Of a DNA stretch of 64,000 nucleotides, positions 38,275-50,799 are shown piece by piece. The position numbers were made by a program, and so were the translations under genes. The notes under the pieces were generated by a model. It did no database searches, was not told where the DNA came from, and was given only the letters and a program-made list of their open reading frames with translations. The first letter of the stretch is position 1; each line of letters starts with the position of its first letter. The stretch spans positions 9,982,001-10,046,000 of the forward strand of contig JAGIQG010000023.1 of assembly GCA_024679065.1 (NCBI GenBank). The letters are read 5' to 3'. Origin of the DNA: Sphyrna mokarran. Taxonomy: Eukaryota.

Positions 38275-38660
38275 CTGCAGGATGCCACCAGGTATGGAAG
38301 GTCTGAGTTACGAGGAGAGATTAGGCAAATTGGGGCTGTTTTCCTTAGAAAGACATAGACTTAGAGGAGATCTAATAGAGGTGTACAAGATTATGAGGGG
38401 TATAGATAGAGTAAACAGGATTAAGCTTTTTCCTAGGATGGACTCGAATAGCATGAGGGGTCATGGGCTTAGGGTGAAGGAGGTAAGGTATAATTTGGAT
38501 GCTAGAAGAACTTTTTCACACAGAGGATGGTGGGGGTATGGAATGCGCTGCCAAGTAAAGTGGTGGAGGCAGGCATTCTGGAGTTATTTAAGAAATACTT
38601 AGATGGACACATGAACAGAATGGGAATGGAGGGGTATAGAAAACTGATTTAAAATAGGGA
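38275..38660 (+). mobile_element. CR1 LINE 3' fragment
   Basis: [45 protein letters not shown]. Confidence 0.9.
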
Positions 38661-38762
38661 ACATGAGCCTTGGGAATCCCTGGGAAGTGTGTAAATAGAT
38701 GATGATATTGATGTATATGTTTTTATCCTACAGGGGCTTTGGTCCACCTTGTTGTCTAACAA

Positions 38763-39187
38763 GGGGCATACACGCGATGGGTCGTGAGAGGGCTGCTTCT
38801 TGGATTTTTTCGAGAGTGTTCTCGTACTTCACTTCTAGTTAGTGTACACTTGATCTGGACCATTTGATGGGCAATACGATATCTCAGTGACTATCACTGT
38901 GCTGTGCAGATACATGGATTTAGGCCTGTGTCTGTGGGAGTTTGTGCGTTCTTCCTGTGCTTGTGTGGGTTTTCTCCAGGTGCTCCAGTTTCCTCCCACA
39001 ACTCAAAAATGTGCTCTTAGGCTAATTGGCAAAACAAATTCTCCCTAAATTGTCTCAAGTTTGGTTTTTAATCCATAGATCTATAAACGTAGTCAGGGAT
39101 CATGGGTAGAGGTGGGAACATCGGGGTAGCGGCGCGGGCTCGTTGGGCCAAAGGGCCTGTTTCCCGTGCTGTTTTGTTCTTTCTTCT
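38763..39187 (+). mobile_element. V-SINE variant with an extended 5' head (second copy)
   Basis: Matches 16301-16728. Confidence 0.75.
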
Positions 39188-39557
39188 TTAATATATTGAG
39201 CATGAAACTACATTAACAAGTTAACCTTCACTGTACTTAAGTGTGTTGTTTCTGCATTTTAATTATTTCAATTACTTCAATTATTTCAATTATTTCTTTT
39301 ATATTAAGAAAAATAAATAGGTTAATTTATATTCATAATCAATAATGTTGTTTACTATTTGCTGGGCAAATATCTCTGTAGTAAAATACTATCAACAAAA
39401 TTGCTATAAATATTATAAAAATGTCATTAATTTATTTTTGCTGAGTTATTGTCGCTTTACATGCCTCCAAGTGTTTAAATATCTCTGCAGGATAAACCAT
39501 GCACTAGACTTAATGTAACACTTAACATCTCAATATCCAGTTCTGTCCCTTACTCAC

Positions 39558-39594
39558 CAGGCAGAGAAGAGATGAAAAGAATTAAAATCCACAT
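39558..39594 (-). CDS. Leader (signal peptide) exon MWILILFISSLP, phase 1
   Basis: ATG followed by a hydrophobic run; 37 nt; donor G|GTGAGT; joins to VSGALWA of the V1 exon. Confidence 0.9.
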
Positions 39595-41039
39595 TATTAT
39601 CTTGGCAATGTTTTGATCAGTATTTATCGTCTGTCACTCAGCTCTTTGTTGCGATGTTGAATGGCGGATCCAATAAACTCTGATATGGAACTGAAATAAG
39701 ATTGAAGAAAGCAGCAAGCCAGGCCTCAGGAAATTCCACCCTTCAGAAAGCTCCGGAACAGAGGTCCCAGCTGGCCATTGCTATCACTGGGTATGCCAGC
39801 TCAGAAGATCCCTTTTAGCTGCTGATCTCCTTGTTCCAACAGGAACAGCTCTACATCTGCCTCTTTGGTGACCTGTGGACAGTTACTGTCCAGTTTTGAC
39901 AATGTTGCTCAATGTGGTTATTGATATCATGGGAGGTGTGGTTCACCCTGACCCTTCCTGCACTATTGCTGAAAACAGAAAGGCCCAGAACTTGCTGAAA
40001 ATACCACAGTGTATAAACTGGCCAATGAACTGAGACAATGAAGAGATGTCAATCTAATTACAAGTTAGTGACTACTTTTTACATCTCTTCCATTAACTTT
40101 GAGAAAATGGTATATCTTTCTTAAACCCTCCCTAACTTTGATGATATTGTGACATTTTCCAATTAATTATCCGCTAAACAGGCCACAGAGATGTTCATTC
40201 TCGTAACATCAGTCTCCCTGATCCAGAATGTGAACAATTATAAGCTCTGGAGTTTTACTCCCTCCTGGATTGAATTATTGACCTGGATTTTGCAATGAGA
40301 GAAACAGCAAAGACTATCAAACATTCAAAGTTATTATGGAGTAAATGAGGCAGTCAAGAGGGTGCGTGTGCAATTAAATTCAGAAATGTACAAATTATGG
40401 CCTTAATTCCCCAGAGGCCATGCTACGTTGATTTCTCACTGTTAGAGGCAACATGGAAACTGATATAATGGGTCTGAGTTTCACATTCCACACCCCCCTG
40501 CCACTGCCCCCACCCCCCACCCCCCACCCCCCCACTCCACCCCTCAGCAGGTGCTCAGATGGGGAGAGTGAGTAAAATTGCAGAGACAGGATTATTTCTC
40601 GGTTCCTGCCCACTCTGATCTCTCAGTCATTTTACACTGAGGCTGGCAAGGCCATGGTTGTTCTTGGACTTGGCCTCTGCGAGCAGTTCTTCTCCAGCCC
40701 ATTACAGCACTGTTATAATAGGGATAGGAGACCTGCTCTCCAATCAGGGGGTTGGCAGCTCTTCAGTCACAGCAGCGCCATCAGGAGCTGTGGTCACTGC
40801 AGGGACTGCTGTCAATTTTGGAGTGAGCTAATGATGAAGGTCCAAGCAGAAGCTAAATGGACCAGTCAGTGTTAGCACCAGAGAGGATGGTGAGTACAAT
40901 TGATGGGGGGAGGAGGGTCATGAATTGGGGATGTCCTTCCCAATTGTGAAAATTGAGGATTTGGGACTGAACTTGACTATTGTTCGATGAGCCAACTCCA
41001 GCAGAATGAGCTGAATCAACTCCTTCTGTTCCCTTTAGT

Positions 41040-41806
41040 TTCTCACGGCGGGTGGCGGGGGGGAGGTATATGGTTCTCCCACCGTGACTTGTAACTTTTC
41101 TGGTTCTTCAAGCTGAGAGAAGCGCGTTGTCAGCTTTTTCCTGGGATTTGCGCGTACACTGGGAGTGCATGCGCTTCTCCCAGAGCCAGCGAACACTAAG
41201 TCCAGGTCATGCTGGAAACTGCCTGGAAGACGGGCAAGTGATTTGAATCTTTTTTGAATATGTTTGCATGTGATTATCAGGAACTTGCCGGGTCTGATTA
41301 ATTCTCCCACCCCGCCAGGAGTACTTTATTCCGGCAGGGTGTAAGGAAGCTTCTCAAATTCGGCAAACTAGTGGGAGATCCCACCGGAATGAAAGGGGCA
41401 AAATCAGATCCCCTCGGGAGGTCAGGTACTGGGAAAGGTGCCCCCTGGGCATGCACATCCTGGCAGTGCCAGCCCGTGCCCCTGGCACTGCCCAAGGTGC
41501 AAATTGTCCATGCCCAGAGGGTGCCTTGGAGCTGCCCATTGAGCACTGAACAATGACAAGGCGTGGAGATTTGAGTGAGAAGCTGCACTGAAAAAGCAGT
41601 CATGATTTAGAACAGTTTTCCCAGCAATTCAGCACTTTTAGGAGAATTGCCCCTTGGATTTCTGATACTCATTCCCTGATGCCTCTCTCTGGGATAACTT
41701 GCCCACACCCAGGTCTGAGTAAAGTGGTCATGTGCGCTGATCCGAGCACGGATCATGTTAAAGGCCTCACACCCGACTTTACCACTCAATGGTAAAATAG
41801 GGCCCT
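41040..41806 (-). mobile_element. Non-autonomous DNA transposon (MITE-like) fragment
   Basis: Right end (41700-41805) is the reverse complement of 45055-45155. Confidence 0.6.
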
Positions 41807-41892
41807 ATATGTTCTATACAGCTGCAACACGTCTTGCAATTTTTAAACTCAATGCCCTATACAATGAAAGCAAGCATGCTGTATGCCTTCTT

Positions 41893-43847
41893 GCTGAGGC
41901 AAAGGTTAGGGGAATTTCAGGGAAAATGAGGGGGGGGAGTGGTGGTGCGGAGGGGTGGTGGAGGAGTGCACCATGTGCTGATCAGAATAAGCTGCTGGTG
42001 CTCCAGGCTGGGGTGCTGAAGTTCAGACACGGACTGTATGAAATCTGCTATCACTGGACACCCACCTGGTGCTGATTCCCTATCCCGGGACATGGACCAG
42101 CAACACTTGCCTGTAATGGATGCTGCAGTTGCACAGAGCAATGGATCAAGAGTGCGCATTGCCCACAGCTGCACACCCGCCTGTGTAATCTGTATCAGCA
42201 TTTGTCATGATAGGAATTTCACACAACCTAATCGGCACCATGGATTGTGTGGTGTTGCCAGCTCCCACAAGTGGAGGTACCGGCCCAAGTGAGGGATTGG
42301 GGCGATGCTGGGTCAGTGCAGCCAACTGATATGATCCTTGGTCATTCCTTCTTCACCCTGCACCATCTGATGTTTAACAAATATAGCAACCTTCATGCTG
42401 TTTGCCTCTAGCAAATTCCATATTAATGCTGATCTTCTCGTTGCTGCAAACACAGCTCTGCATTTGATATCTGACACCTACTGTACATTCACAGGGTTTC
42501 TATCTCACACCACCCTGAGGGCAGCAACACATTTTTCTCGCAGTTTCAAACCACGAACATTGCAAGTTGCAGCAAACATGAACCAACATTTGTTTCCAAT
42601 GTCAATCTCTCTTTTTGCCTTTCTCATCAACCATTAATGAATTTGAGGAGTTAATGGAATATTGCTGTAAATTGGTGCTTATTAAGGATGGAGTTGTCGC
42701 TCAAGAATTCTGTACTCAATAAAAAAATGATCAAACATTAGAACCATTTGGAAAATTAAGAACTCTGAGTACAATCTGTTACATGTAGGTAAGAACTTCA
42801 CTCTGAGTAAAGCTAAAGTTAGAACTTTCATTGACCACAACCTTGAGTGCAGAAACATGTTCATTTTTTATTATTAACTCATTGGTGGAATCAGCAACAA
42901 CTGCATTAACTTGCTCTTCATAAAGTATCTTTCACTCAATAAAACCTCCTCTGGCGTTTACAGTCATGACAAGTGTTGTTGCTGAGGCAAAGATTAAGGG
43001 GATTTTGGGAAAATGTGGAGGAGTGCACCATGTGCTGACCAGAATAAGCTGCTGGTGCTCCAGGCCGGGTGCCGAATTTCTGACATGGACTGTATGAAAT
43101 CTGCTTTCACTGGACACCCATCTGGTACTGATTTGCAGTTTGTTCCTGCCCTGGGACATGGACACCTGCCTGTAATGGATGCTGCAGTTGCATAGAGCAA
43201 TAGATCAAGAGTGCGCATTGCCCATGGCTGCACATCCCGCCTGTGTAATCTGTGTCAGCATTTGTCATGATGGGAATTTCACACAACCTAATTGGCACCA
43301 TGGATTGTGTGGTGTTGCCAGCTCCCACAAGTGGAGGTACCGGCCCAAGTGAGGGATTGGGGTGATGCTGGGTCAGTGCAGCCAATGACATTAATCTGTC
43401 ATTCTTTGCTCTTTGCAGATGGACCTTGAACTGATCAATTTGGAATTCTCCATTATGGTGGCGGATGAAGAGGAGGAGGAGGCAGCTCAGGAGGTAGAGG
43501 GTGTGGGGAGAACACCGCAGGAGCAGCCAATCCAAGTGCCTCAGGAAGGAGGGCAGGGGGCTGCCGCTGAGGGCCAAGAAGTGGGTGTGCAGTCTCCCAA
43601 ATGGGTGCACAGAAGGCAGAGGGTACAAAGGGCAAGGAGGTGCAAATCCTGGAATTTATTTGAGGCCCTCTCAGGGGCAATGTGCCTTCACCGGCTACAG
43701 CTCTCGCAGAGCACGGAGTGGCACCTATGTGAGGTGCTCACACCACCTGACAACTCAGGGAAGGGGCAGCCACCCGCTCCCTGTGAAGTTGAGGTGACGG
43801 CTGCTCTGAATCTTTTTACTTCTGGGTCATTTCAGGCATCTCAATGG
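41893..43847 (+). mobile_element. PIF/Harbinger transposon remnant with an internal direct duplication (41893-42345 vs 42978-43410)
   Basis: ORF 43413-43859 ends FEALSGAMCLHRLQLS..EVEVTAALNLFTSGSFQ, like the N-terminus of HARBI1-type transposases. Confidence 0.75.
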
Positions 43848-44930
43848 TGTGGTAATTAGCCTAGATATAAGGCTGATTAAATCGGATATTTTAAATTAAA
43901 GATTTGGCCAAATTAAAATCAAACACAGTCAAACCTCAGGCAGACCAGACTTGACTGAGGTCAAATATACAGAAACATGTCTGGGCCTGGCCCATCAATC
44001 ACCCATCAATAATCATCGCACTGAGACCCAGCAGCAGATCATCGCATCTATTTAAACGCTCCGGCCTATTGTTAGAAACCCAGATCAGGCCAGACTTTCT
44101 GTCACTGAGAGTTCCTGCAGTTACCTTATCTGGCAACAAGTTCTATGTAAGCAACAGCACGGAAATGGACACCTGGGGACAGGTCCTGTCAGGGGAGGGG
44201 GTCCCACTGGGTATTGGAACCTCCCTCCTGAGACCTCATTGGCTATAAGCCAGAGAAGCATCTGGAAAGGTGGAAAGGGGGGGGGAGGGAATAAAGGAAC
44301 GATTCTCAGAAACAGCAACAGCGAAGACTTGACGAAGGAAGCGGCCTTAACCATCTGGAAGTTTTGGCAAAGATCACGTGTAGTTTTGGCATCTTGCATT
44401 TGTTTGAAGTCATGAGGCTACGCTGAGGCTTCATTTGCACCAATTTTTAAAATGGCACCTCGGCCTTTTAGCTAAGATGCAGATGAGATCAAGCCTTAGA
44501 GGAGGTGCAACGCCTGCTCCAATCAGCTTGGATCATGTAGATCAAACCCAGGGCAGGAAGTGGGATGTCTGTCTTGTCAGCTTGGATCGGGAACATCTCA
44601 CTTGCTGAGACTTTGAATTGGACTTTGATTGGAGTGAATTGGATATAAATGAAAATAAAGACTGACCAGAGAAGGAGGGAAGGCAGAAGCTGCCATCGAG
44701 ATTCATCTTTGTGATGATGGACCAGAGACAGTCAGGAAATCGGGCCCGCACTTTAACCTAACCATCTTTGTGGGTAACGCACTTGAACCTGGGGCTCTGC
44801 TTGCAATTTTTAGACATGTTGTTTTGTATGTAATTTAAGGGTTAATATTATTATGAATAAAGTTATTGAACTTTTGCTTGTGTTTGTCTTTTGTCCATCT
44901 TGCAAATAAGGGCACCGGGGTAAAATATTT
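43848..44930 (+). mobile_element. Probable LTR truncating the Harbinger ORF
   Basis: Starts TGTGG; AATAAA followed by tttgtccatc, as in the 49999-50799 LTR; right end not seen. Confidence 0.5.
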
Positions 44931-45054
44931 GAGTAAGTAAACTGGTCATAAGGTGGAGAAGGTAGTTAAGAAGGCATACGGCATGCTTGCTTTCATTGTC
45001 TGGGCATTGAGTTTAAAAATTGGCAAGTCGTGTTGCAGCTTTATAGAACATATA

Positions 45055-45885
45055 GGGCCCTATTTTACCATTGTGTGGTAAAGTCAGGTGTGAGGCCATT
45101 AACATGATCCGCGCCCGGATCAGCGCAGATGACCACTTTACTCAGACCTGGGAATGGCCGCAATCAGATTCATGCCCGAAACGGATGCAACAACGATTTA
45201 AGTGCATTTGCATTTCAATCGAATTAATGAACCGCCCGCCCAACTTTATCAGCATTTCCCCTTTACCACCGCGTTCGCCGATCCGGAATCGCACTGAAAT
45301 GGACACGCTGTATGAAAGTCTGAATCGGGCGCTCCAGCTGCTGTAGAGGCAAGTTCAGAGCTTCCAAAAGCTCTCTGACTCAGATTGGTGGTGGGGATGG
45401 TGGGGATAGGGGGTGGGACGTGGGTCAGATCATTCTCAAGGAGTGGCAGGGATGGGGAAGTGAGGCCAAATCATTGTCTGATTGGAGGGGGGGAGGGGAG
45501 GGGGGGGTGGCGGGAAAGGCTGATCTTCATCTGGTTGGAGGAGAGGGATGCGTCTGATCATTCTTTGGTGAAGAGAGAGGAGGAGGTGTTCCTCGGGATG
45601 GGGGAGGGAGTCAGGCCAGATCGCTATAGAGAGGAGGTGAGGAAGGAAGCTTGTAAAATATATCTTTGGGGGAGTTTGGAGAGGCTTGATCGCTCACTTG
45701 TGGTGGTGGTGAGGGGTGGGGGGGGGGGGGGGGGATGTAGGGGAGGTCCACTACCACTCTGCAGGCTATCGGTGGGGGCGGGGTACAGACTGAGAGCATA
45801 TGGGAGCGCCTGAAAGCATATTTCCAAGTCGGATCTGAATTGTGCCCAAATTCAACACTTAGAATGAAGATGGTAAAAGCAGGCC
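45055..45885 (+). mobile_element. MITE-like DNA transposon inserted in a CR1
   Basis: Imperfect TIRs gggccctattttaccat / atggtaaaagcaggcc; CR1 sequence continues on both sides. Confidence 0.65.
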
Positions 45886-46395
45886 GATAGTGTTCAATTC
45901 TGGCCGCCACACGACCAGAAAGATATGGAGGCTTTGTAAGGAGTACAGAAAAGATTTATCAGGATACTGCCTGGTATGGAGGGCATTAGCTATGACATTG
46001 GAGAAACTTGGTTTGTTCTTACTGGAACAACAGATGTTGAGGGGCAACTTGATAGAAGTCTACATGTTTATGAAGGGCATCGACAGAGTGGATAGTCAGA
46101 AGCTTTTTCCCAGGATGTAAAAGTCAATTACTAGGGGGCACAAGTTTAAGGTGCAAGGAGCAAGGTTTAAAGGAGATATATGAGATAGATAGGTGGTGAG
46201 TGCTTGGAACTCGCTGCCGGGAGAGGTAGCGGAAGCAGATATGATAAGGGCACCTCAACAAATATATGAATAGGACAGAAATAGAGGGAAATGGTCCCCA
46301 GAAGAGTAAAGGGTTTTCGTTAAGTCGGGCAGCATGGTCAGTGCAGACTTGGAGGGCTGAATGGCCTGTTCCTGTGCTGTAATTTTCTTTGCTCA
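45886..46395 (+). mobile_element. CR1 LINE 3' fragment (continues from 44940-45054)
   Basis: LEKLGLFLLEQQMLRGNLIEVYMFMKGIDRVDSQKLFPRM. Confidence 0.88.
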
Positions 46396-47342
46396 TTGTT
46401 TTGTGCTTATCTGAGGTTTTACAGGGACAACATTTAACATCCCAAATGGGAAGAAGTAATACCTTGTTCCGAAGTCAAACCTTCAACCCCACATTCCCCA
46501 ACACTCTGTATGACCCTGAATCAAGAGGGCAGGTTACCCCACGTGATGACCAGTCTTAAGTGAATGAAGAATTAATACAGATTCGACCAATAAATTGGGC
46601 CATAAACTCGGTGTCTGTAATATCAGGTGGACAACTCTGTAGTTAGAACTAGGTTAGCCCAGGGAGATTGGTAACATTTACAGGAAGGAATTCAGTGAAA
46701 ACCAGACCCAGACACTAATCTTTACAAGGGACATGGTTCCACAGTTCCCATGTAACAAACCTAAGAAGGAAATAATTGTGGTCAGTCATGCCTATTGGAA
46801 GAAGTTCCTCTGTATATATTTGAACCATAAGTGGCCCTAATGGATACAGTGGGGTGATGTCCCCAACTGGATCTGGGATTGGGGGGAGAGAGTTGTTGGA
46901 GTTATGCCCATAAGGAAGTGGGTTTAAAGCTTCCCAAGCTTAGTAAAGCGATTGCGATTGCCTGTTGTAAGAACAGCTCGCGTGGTAGAGAAGTTGAGAT
47001 GATCTGGGTTAAGAGACAGAAAAGCCCAGGTAACCCCCCAAAATCAGGATTGGATGAGTGCTACCACGGGGAGTGGAGATAGGCACAGAAGAGAAAATGA
47101 ACCAGATTAATATGCTACACATGCACCAGTTCCAGATCCAATGTGATAAAGCCTACCAAAAGGCACAGCGGCTGTCAGTGAGAGCGAGACTTTACTGTGA
47201 TAGGTGAAGGATGTTAAACATAAATGCAGTGACCTGCAGGCTGCAGTAAAAGTTTTGCTCCAAGGAGGAAAAGAAAATACTGCCCATGCAACAGACCACT
47301 CCAAATGTCTGCGCAAGATTGAAGATTTAAATCACAACTAGT

Positions 47343-47470
47343 GGGGCAGCAGGGTGAAACAGTGGTTAGCACTACTGTATCACAGAGCCAGGGACCCGGG
47401 GTTCCAGCTTGGGTCACAGTCCGTGTGGAGTTTGCACATTCTCCCTGTATCTGCGTGGGTTTCCTCCTTG
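47343..47470 (+). mobile_element. V-SINE 5' fragment
   Basis: ggcagcagggtgaaacagtggttagcact..gtggagtttgcacattctcc. Confidence 0.75.
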
Positions 47471-48486
47471 AGTCCGAAAGAGGTGCTGGTTCAGTGCATT
47501 GACATGAAGAGGAATTGCTTCTCTTCATTCACAACTATGGGGTTCGAATCGGAGACCATGACTGCCCCCAGCCTCTCCAGTGTGGGTGTGTGTGATGCCA
47601 AGTGGAATGGTGCTGGGAGACCCCTGGTAGAAGGTGAGGTGGGAGGCCACCCTATCAAATGCCTTTGAGAAACAGTGAGTCCCTGCACTCCTTTTAACAC
47701 AACCAGAGATATTGGTTTTTCCTGGTGGAGGCAAGGGACAATTATTTTGAGTGGGTTACAGGACATTTCCAAGACAGAGTTGAAATGGACTCGATTGAGT
47801 TTAAGTTGAGGACGCAGTTTATTTTCACCTTTTTATTTTAGTCTGTCTTCCCTGAATGGCAGAGCACATTCTGGGTTTTAATGTTATTAGCAGATGTAAT
47901 CTGTCTTTTGACCTGTCACATTGTTGTATCTAGTAGATGACTGATGTGAATGAAACTCCAAATCAGATATCCTCAGGGACTTATGCAGACAGGATTTGTA
48001 CAGTTGGGGAGTTTTGGGTTAAACTTGTCAATATGTCTGAAGGTGGAATGAAACAAGAGACAATTGCTGAACATGCAACTGCATTTGTGATGCGTAAGCT
48101 TGACTGTGGTCGAATGAGAGGAGAACTAATTGGAGAGGGACCGGAGCCAAAACCTCAAGGCAGTGCAGCTGCCCTTAAAAAAGCTGAAGGGGAGATTACA
48201 AAAATAATCACGAGTCTCTTTACAACAGGGAGATTTATGACTTGTAGTTTCCACAAACAAATCATCAATTTGGTCAGTTAGGAAACCCGTTGGTTCTTGG
48301 AGACTGACAGTTGATTAGTTAAATAAATGAACTCCATTGACTTGAAAAACAGTAATCCCCAGACAACGATGAAACAGACTCCACAAAGTAAGATAAAAGC
48401 AAAATACGGGGTGCTGGAATCTGAAACAAAAACAGAATATTCTGGAAAATCTCGGCAGCTCTGATAGCATCTGTGGGGAGAGAATT

Positions 48487-49503
48487 GATGTAGAGATGCT
48501 GACATTTGGACTGGGGTAAACACAATAAGAAATCTCACAACACCAGGTTAAAACCCAACAGGTTTCTTTGGTAGCACGAGTCATTACCCAGCACTGCTGG
48601 TACTTCCCTGGAATGGAGAAGCTACGACATCTTTTCCAGAGCCTTCAACATGTCATTGATGAAGACAAATATCTCACCAACGCCATCCCCACATCCTCGC
48701 TTCTTGCCTTCAAACAACCGCACAACTTCAAACAGACAAATTGTCTACAGCAAACTATCCAGCCTTCAGGAGAACAGTGACCACAACATCATAGAACCCT
48801 GCCGCAGCAACCTCTGCAAAATGTGCCGGATTATCGACACGGATGCCATCATCTCACGTGAGAACATCATCCACCAGGTACACTACATACACTTGCATCT
48901 CGGCCAAAGTTGTCTACCTAATACACTGCAGGAAAGGATGTCCCAAATACATTGGGGAGACCATCCAGATGCTACGACAATGAATGAATGAATACTGCTC
49001 GATAATCACAAGGCAAGAGTGCTCTCTTTCTGTTGGGGAGCACTTCAGCGATCACGGGCATTCGGTCTCTGACCTTTGGGTAACCGTTCTCCAAGGCTGC
49101 CTTCACAACACACGACAATGCAGAGTCAGTGAGCAGAGACTGATAGCCAAGTTCTGCATACATGAGGATGGCCTCATGCAGGACCTTGGGTTCATGTCAC
49201 ACTACCTGTAATCCCCATTACGTGCCCGGGCTTGCAAAACCTCCTGGCTGGAGACAATACACATCTCTTTAACCTGAACTGAACCCTCTTGCCACTCACA
49301 TTGTCTGTACCTTTAAGACTTGATTACCTGTAAAGACTCGCACTCCAACCATTATTTTGTAAAGTGAGTTTGTGTCTTTATATACCTCATTTGTGAACAG
49401 AACCCCCACTTACTTGATGAAGGGGCAGTGCTCCGATAGCTAGTAACTTGTGCTACCAAATAAACCTGTTGGACTTTAACCTGGTGTTGTGAGACATCTT
49501 ACT
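48487..49503 (+). mobile_element. Penelope-like element (GIY-YIG endonuclease end) with 10-bp TSD gggagagaat
   Basis: PCRSNLCKMC..VVYLIHC..YIGET..RMNE..VGEHFSDHGHS..EQRLIAKF..GL; short inverted 5' piece; TSD on both sides. Confidence 0.9.
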
Positions 49504-49998
49504 GGGAGAGAATAGAGCCAACGCTTTGAGTCCAGATGATACTTGACTAGAACTAAGAGAAAAGAGAAGCAGCAGAGATTTATACTATTTGGGTGGGTTG
49601 GGGTGGGGGGTAGTGTGGCAAGGGGGTTTGGAATTGGACAAAGGAAATGTAAATGAGGGTACAGAAGGCTGAGAAAGTGCTAAGAGTGCCCATTCAATGA
49701 TCAGAAGTGAGAATGGCAGAACAGAGGCGCAGATGGTTAAAGGACAGCCTGAGGAACGTGGCAGTTTCACATGGAGGGGTGGACAGGGAAAGAAGGAGAA
49801 CTGGAATGGTGTATTGGAAAAATAGTAGTGAAAAAGAAAGATGATAAAATGGATGAACGAATCAAAATGAAATGGAATAAAGTAAGTAGGAAAGGAGTGA
49901 AGGTGGAGGGGAGAGTTTATGATTTGAGGTTATTGAACTCAATGTTCTGTCCGGGAGGCTGTAAAGTGCCCAATCGGAAGATGAGGCGCTGTTCCTCC

Positions 49999-50799
49999 TG
50001 TGGATAAATGTAGCATCTAAAATGGCAATTTGTAAAGCACTCTGGGACAATTGGGCAAGAACTAAAGCGACAGGTTGCAGGCTAAAAGACAGAGACAAAC
50101 AAGCTTCAACCTGATGAATGATTACATACGATAATCTCTAGGACAAGAGACTTATTGGTCAAACTATATTGTGAACCAGACATAGGGGCGCTGTAACCCC
50201 TCATTTAAGAGGAAGGTGCGTATTCTATATGCTCCCATCACCTGCAGACATGGCTGTTGGAGACACACCCAGAGATTGGTGTGGGAGCATCTGATTGGAC
50301 TTTATTGATCAGAGTGATCAAGTCCTGGAAGATTGATTGGCAATGGCCAAAAGGGGTCCAAAACCCAGTTTGGTATAAAGGGTGCTGCGCGACAAAAGTA
50401 TCCCTCTCTCTCTCTGACTCCATGAATGACCTACAACAACAGTGACCGTCATCAGCAGTGACCAGCACGAGGAGAGCCACCACACCCAAGAAGGAAGGAA
50501 GACCAGACCCAGATTGCCAAACCAGACCAAAGGACCAGACTACGCAGAGGATGACTGAGACCAGCACACAGGTAAAGGCCAAAATCTGCTTCGGTACAAC
50601 CAGTCACGCAAAGTTAAATCTTGTATTGAACTTGAACTTTAGTATTTTTTGTAAGATAACTTATTGTTGGTTGGGTGGATGGTTATTGATTGTGTGTTTT
50701 AAATAAATATTGGTTGTACTAACAAGATGCTTACGCGCATGATTCTACTTCTTTGTCCATCATATAAGAGCTAAAACAGGCTGTACGGCAGGCACAACA
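49999..50799 (+). mobile_element. Solo LTR (801 bp)
   Basis: TG..CA ends; near-TSD ctcc/ttcc; TATAAA at about 50374; AATAAA at about 50702; interrupts the Penelope sequence. Confidence 0.75.

Larger units (their letters stand above)
15618..39594 (-). other. Multi-exon gene: CD300/pIgR-like (MDIR-like) six-Ig-domain inhibitory receptor, L-V-C2-V-C2-V-C2-stalk-TM-ITIM tail
   Basis: Eleven exons (37, 321, 324, 309, 324, 309, 324, 79, 89, 53, 276 nt) with AG/GT boundaries and matching phases join into one 2445-nt ORF with no internal stop. Signal peptide, Ig Cys/Trp motifs, an uncharged TM and ITIMs are all visible. Confidence 0.88.

Noticed and set aside
15618-39594. Assigning the symbol PIGR or CD300LF
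   Set aside because: Only family-level similarity is visible; alternating V-C2 domains fit neither ortholog.
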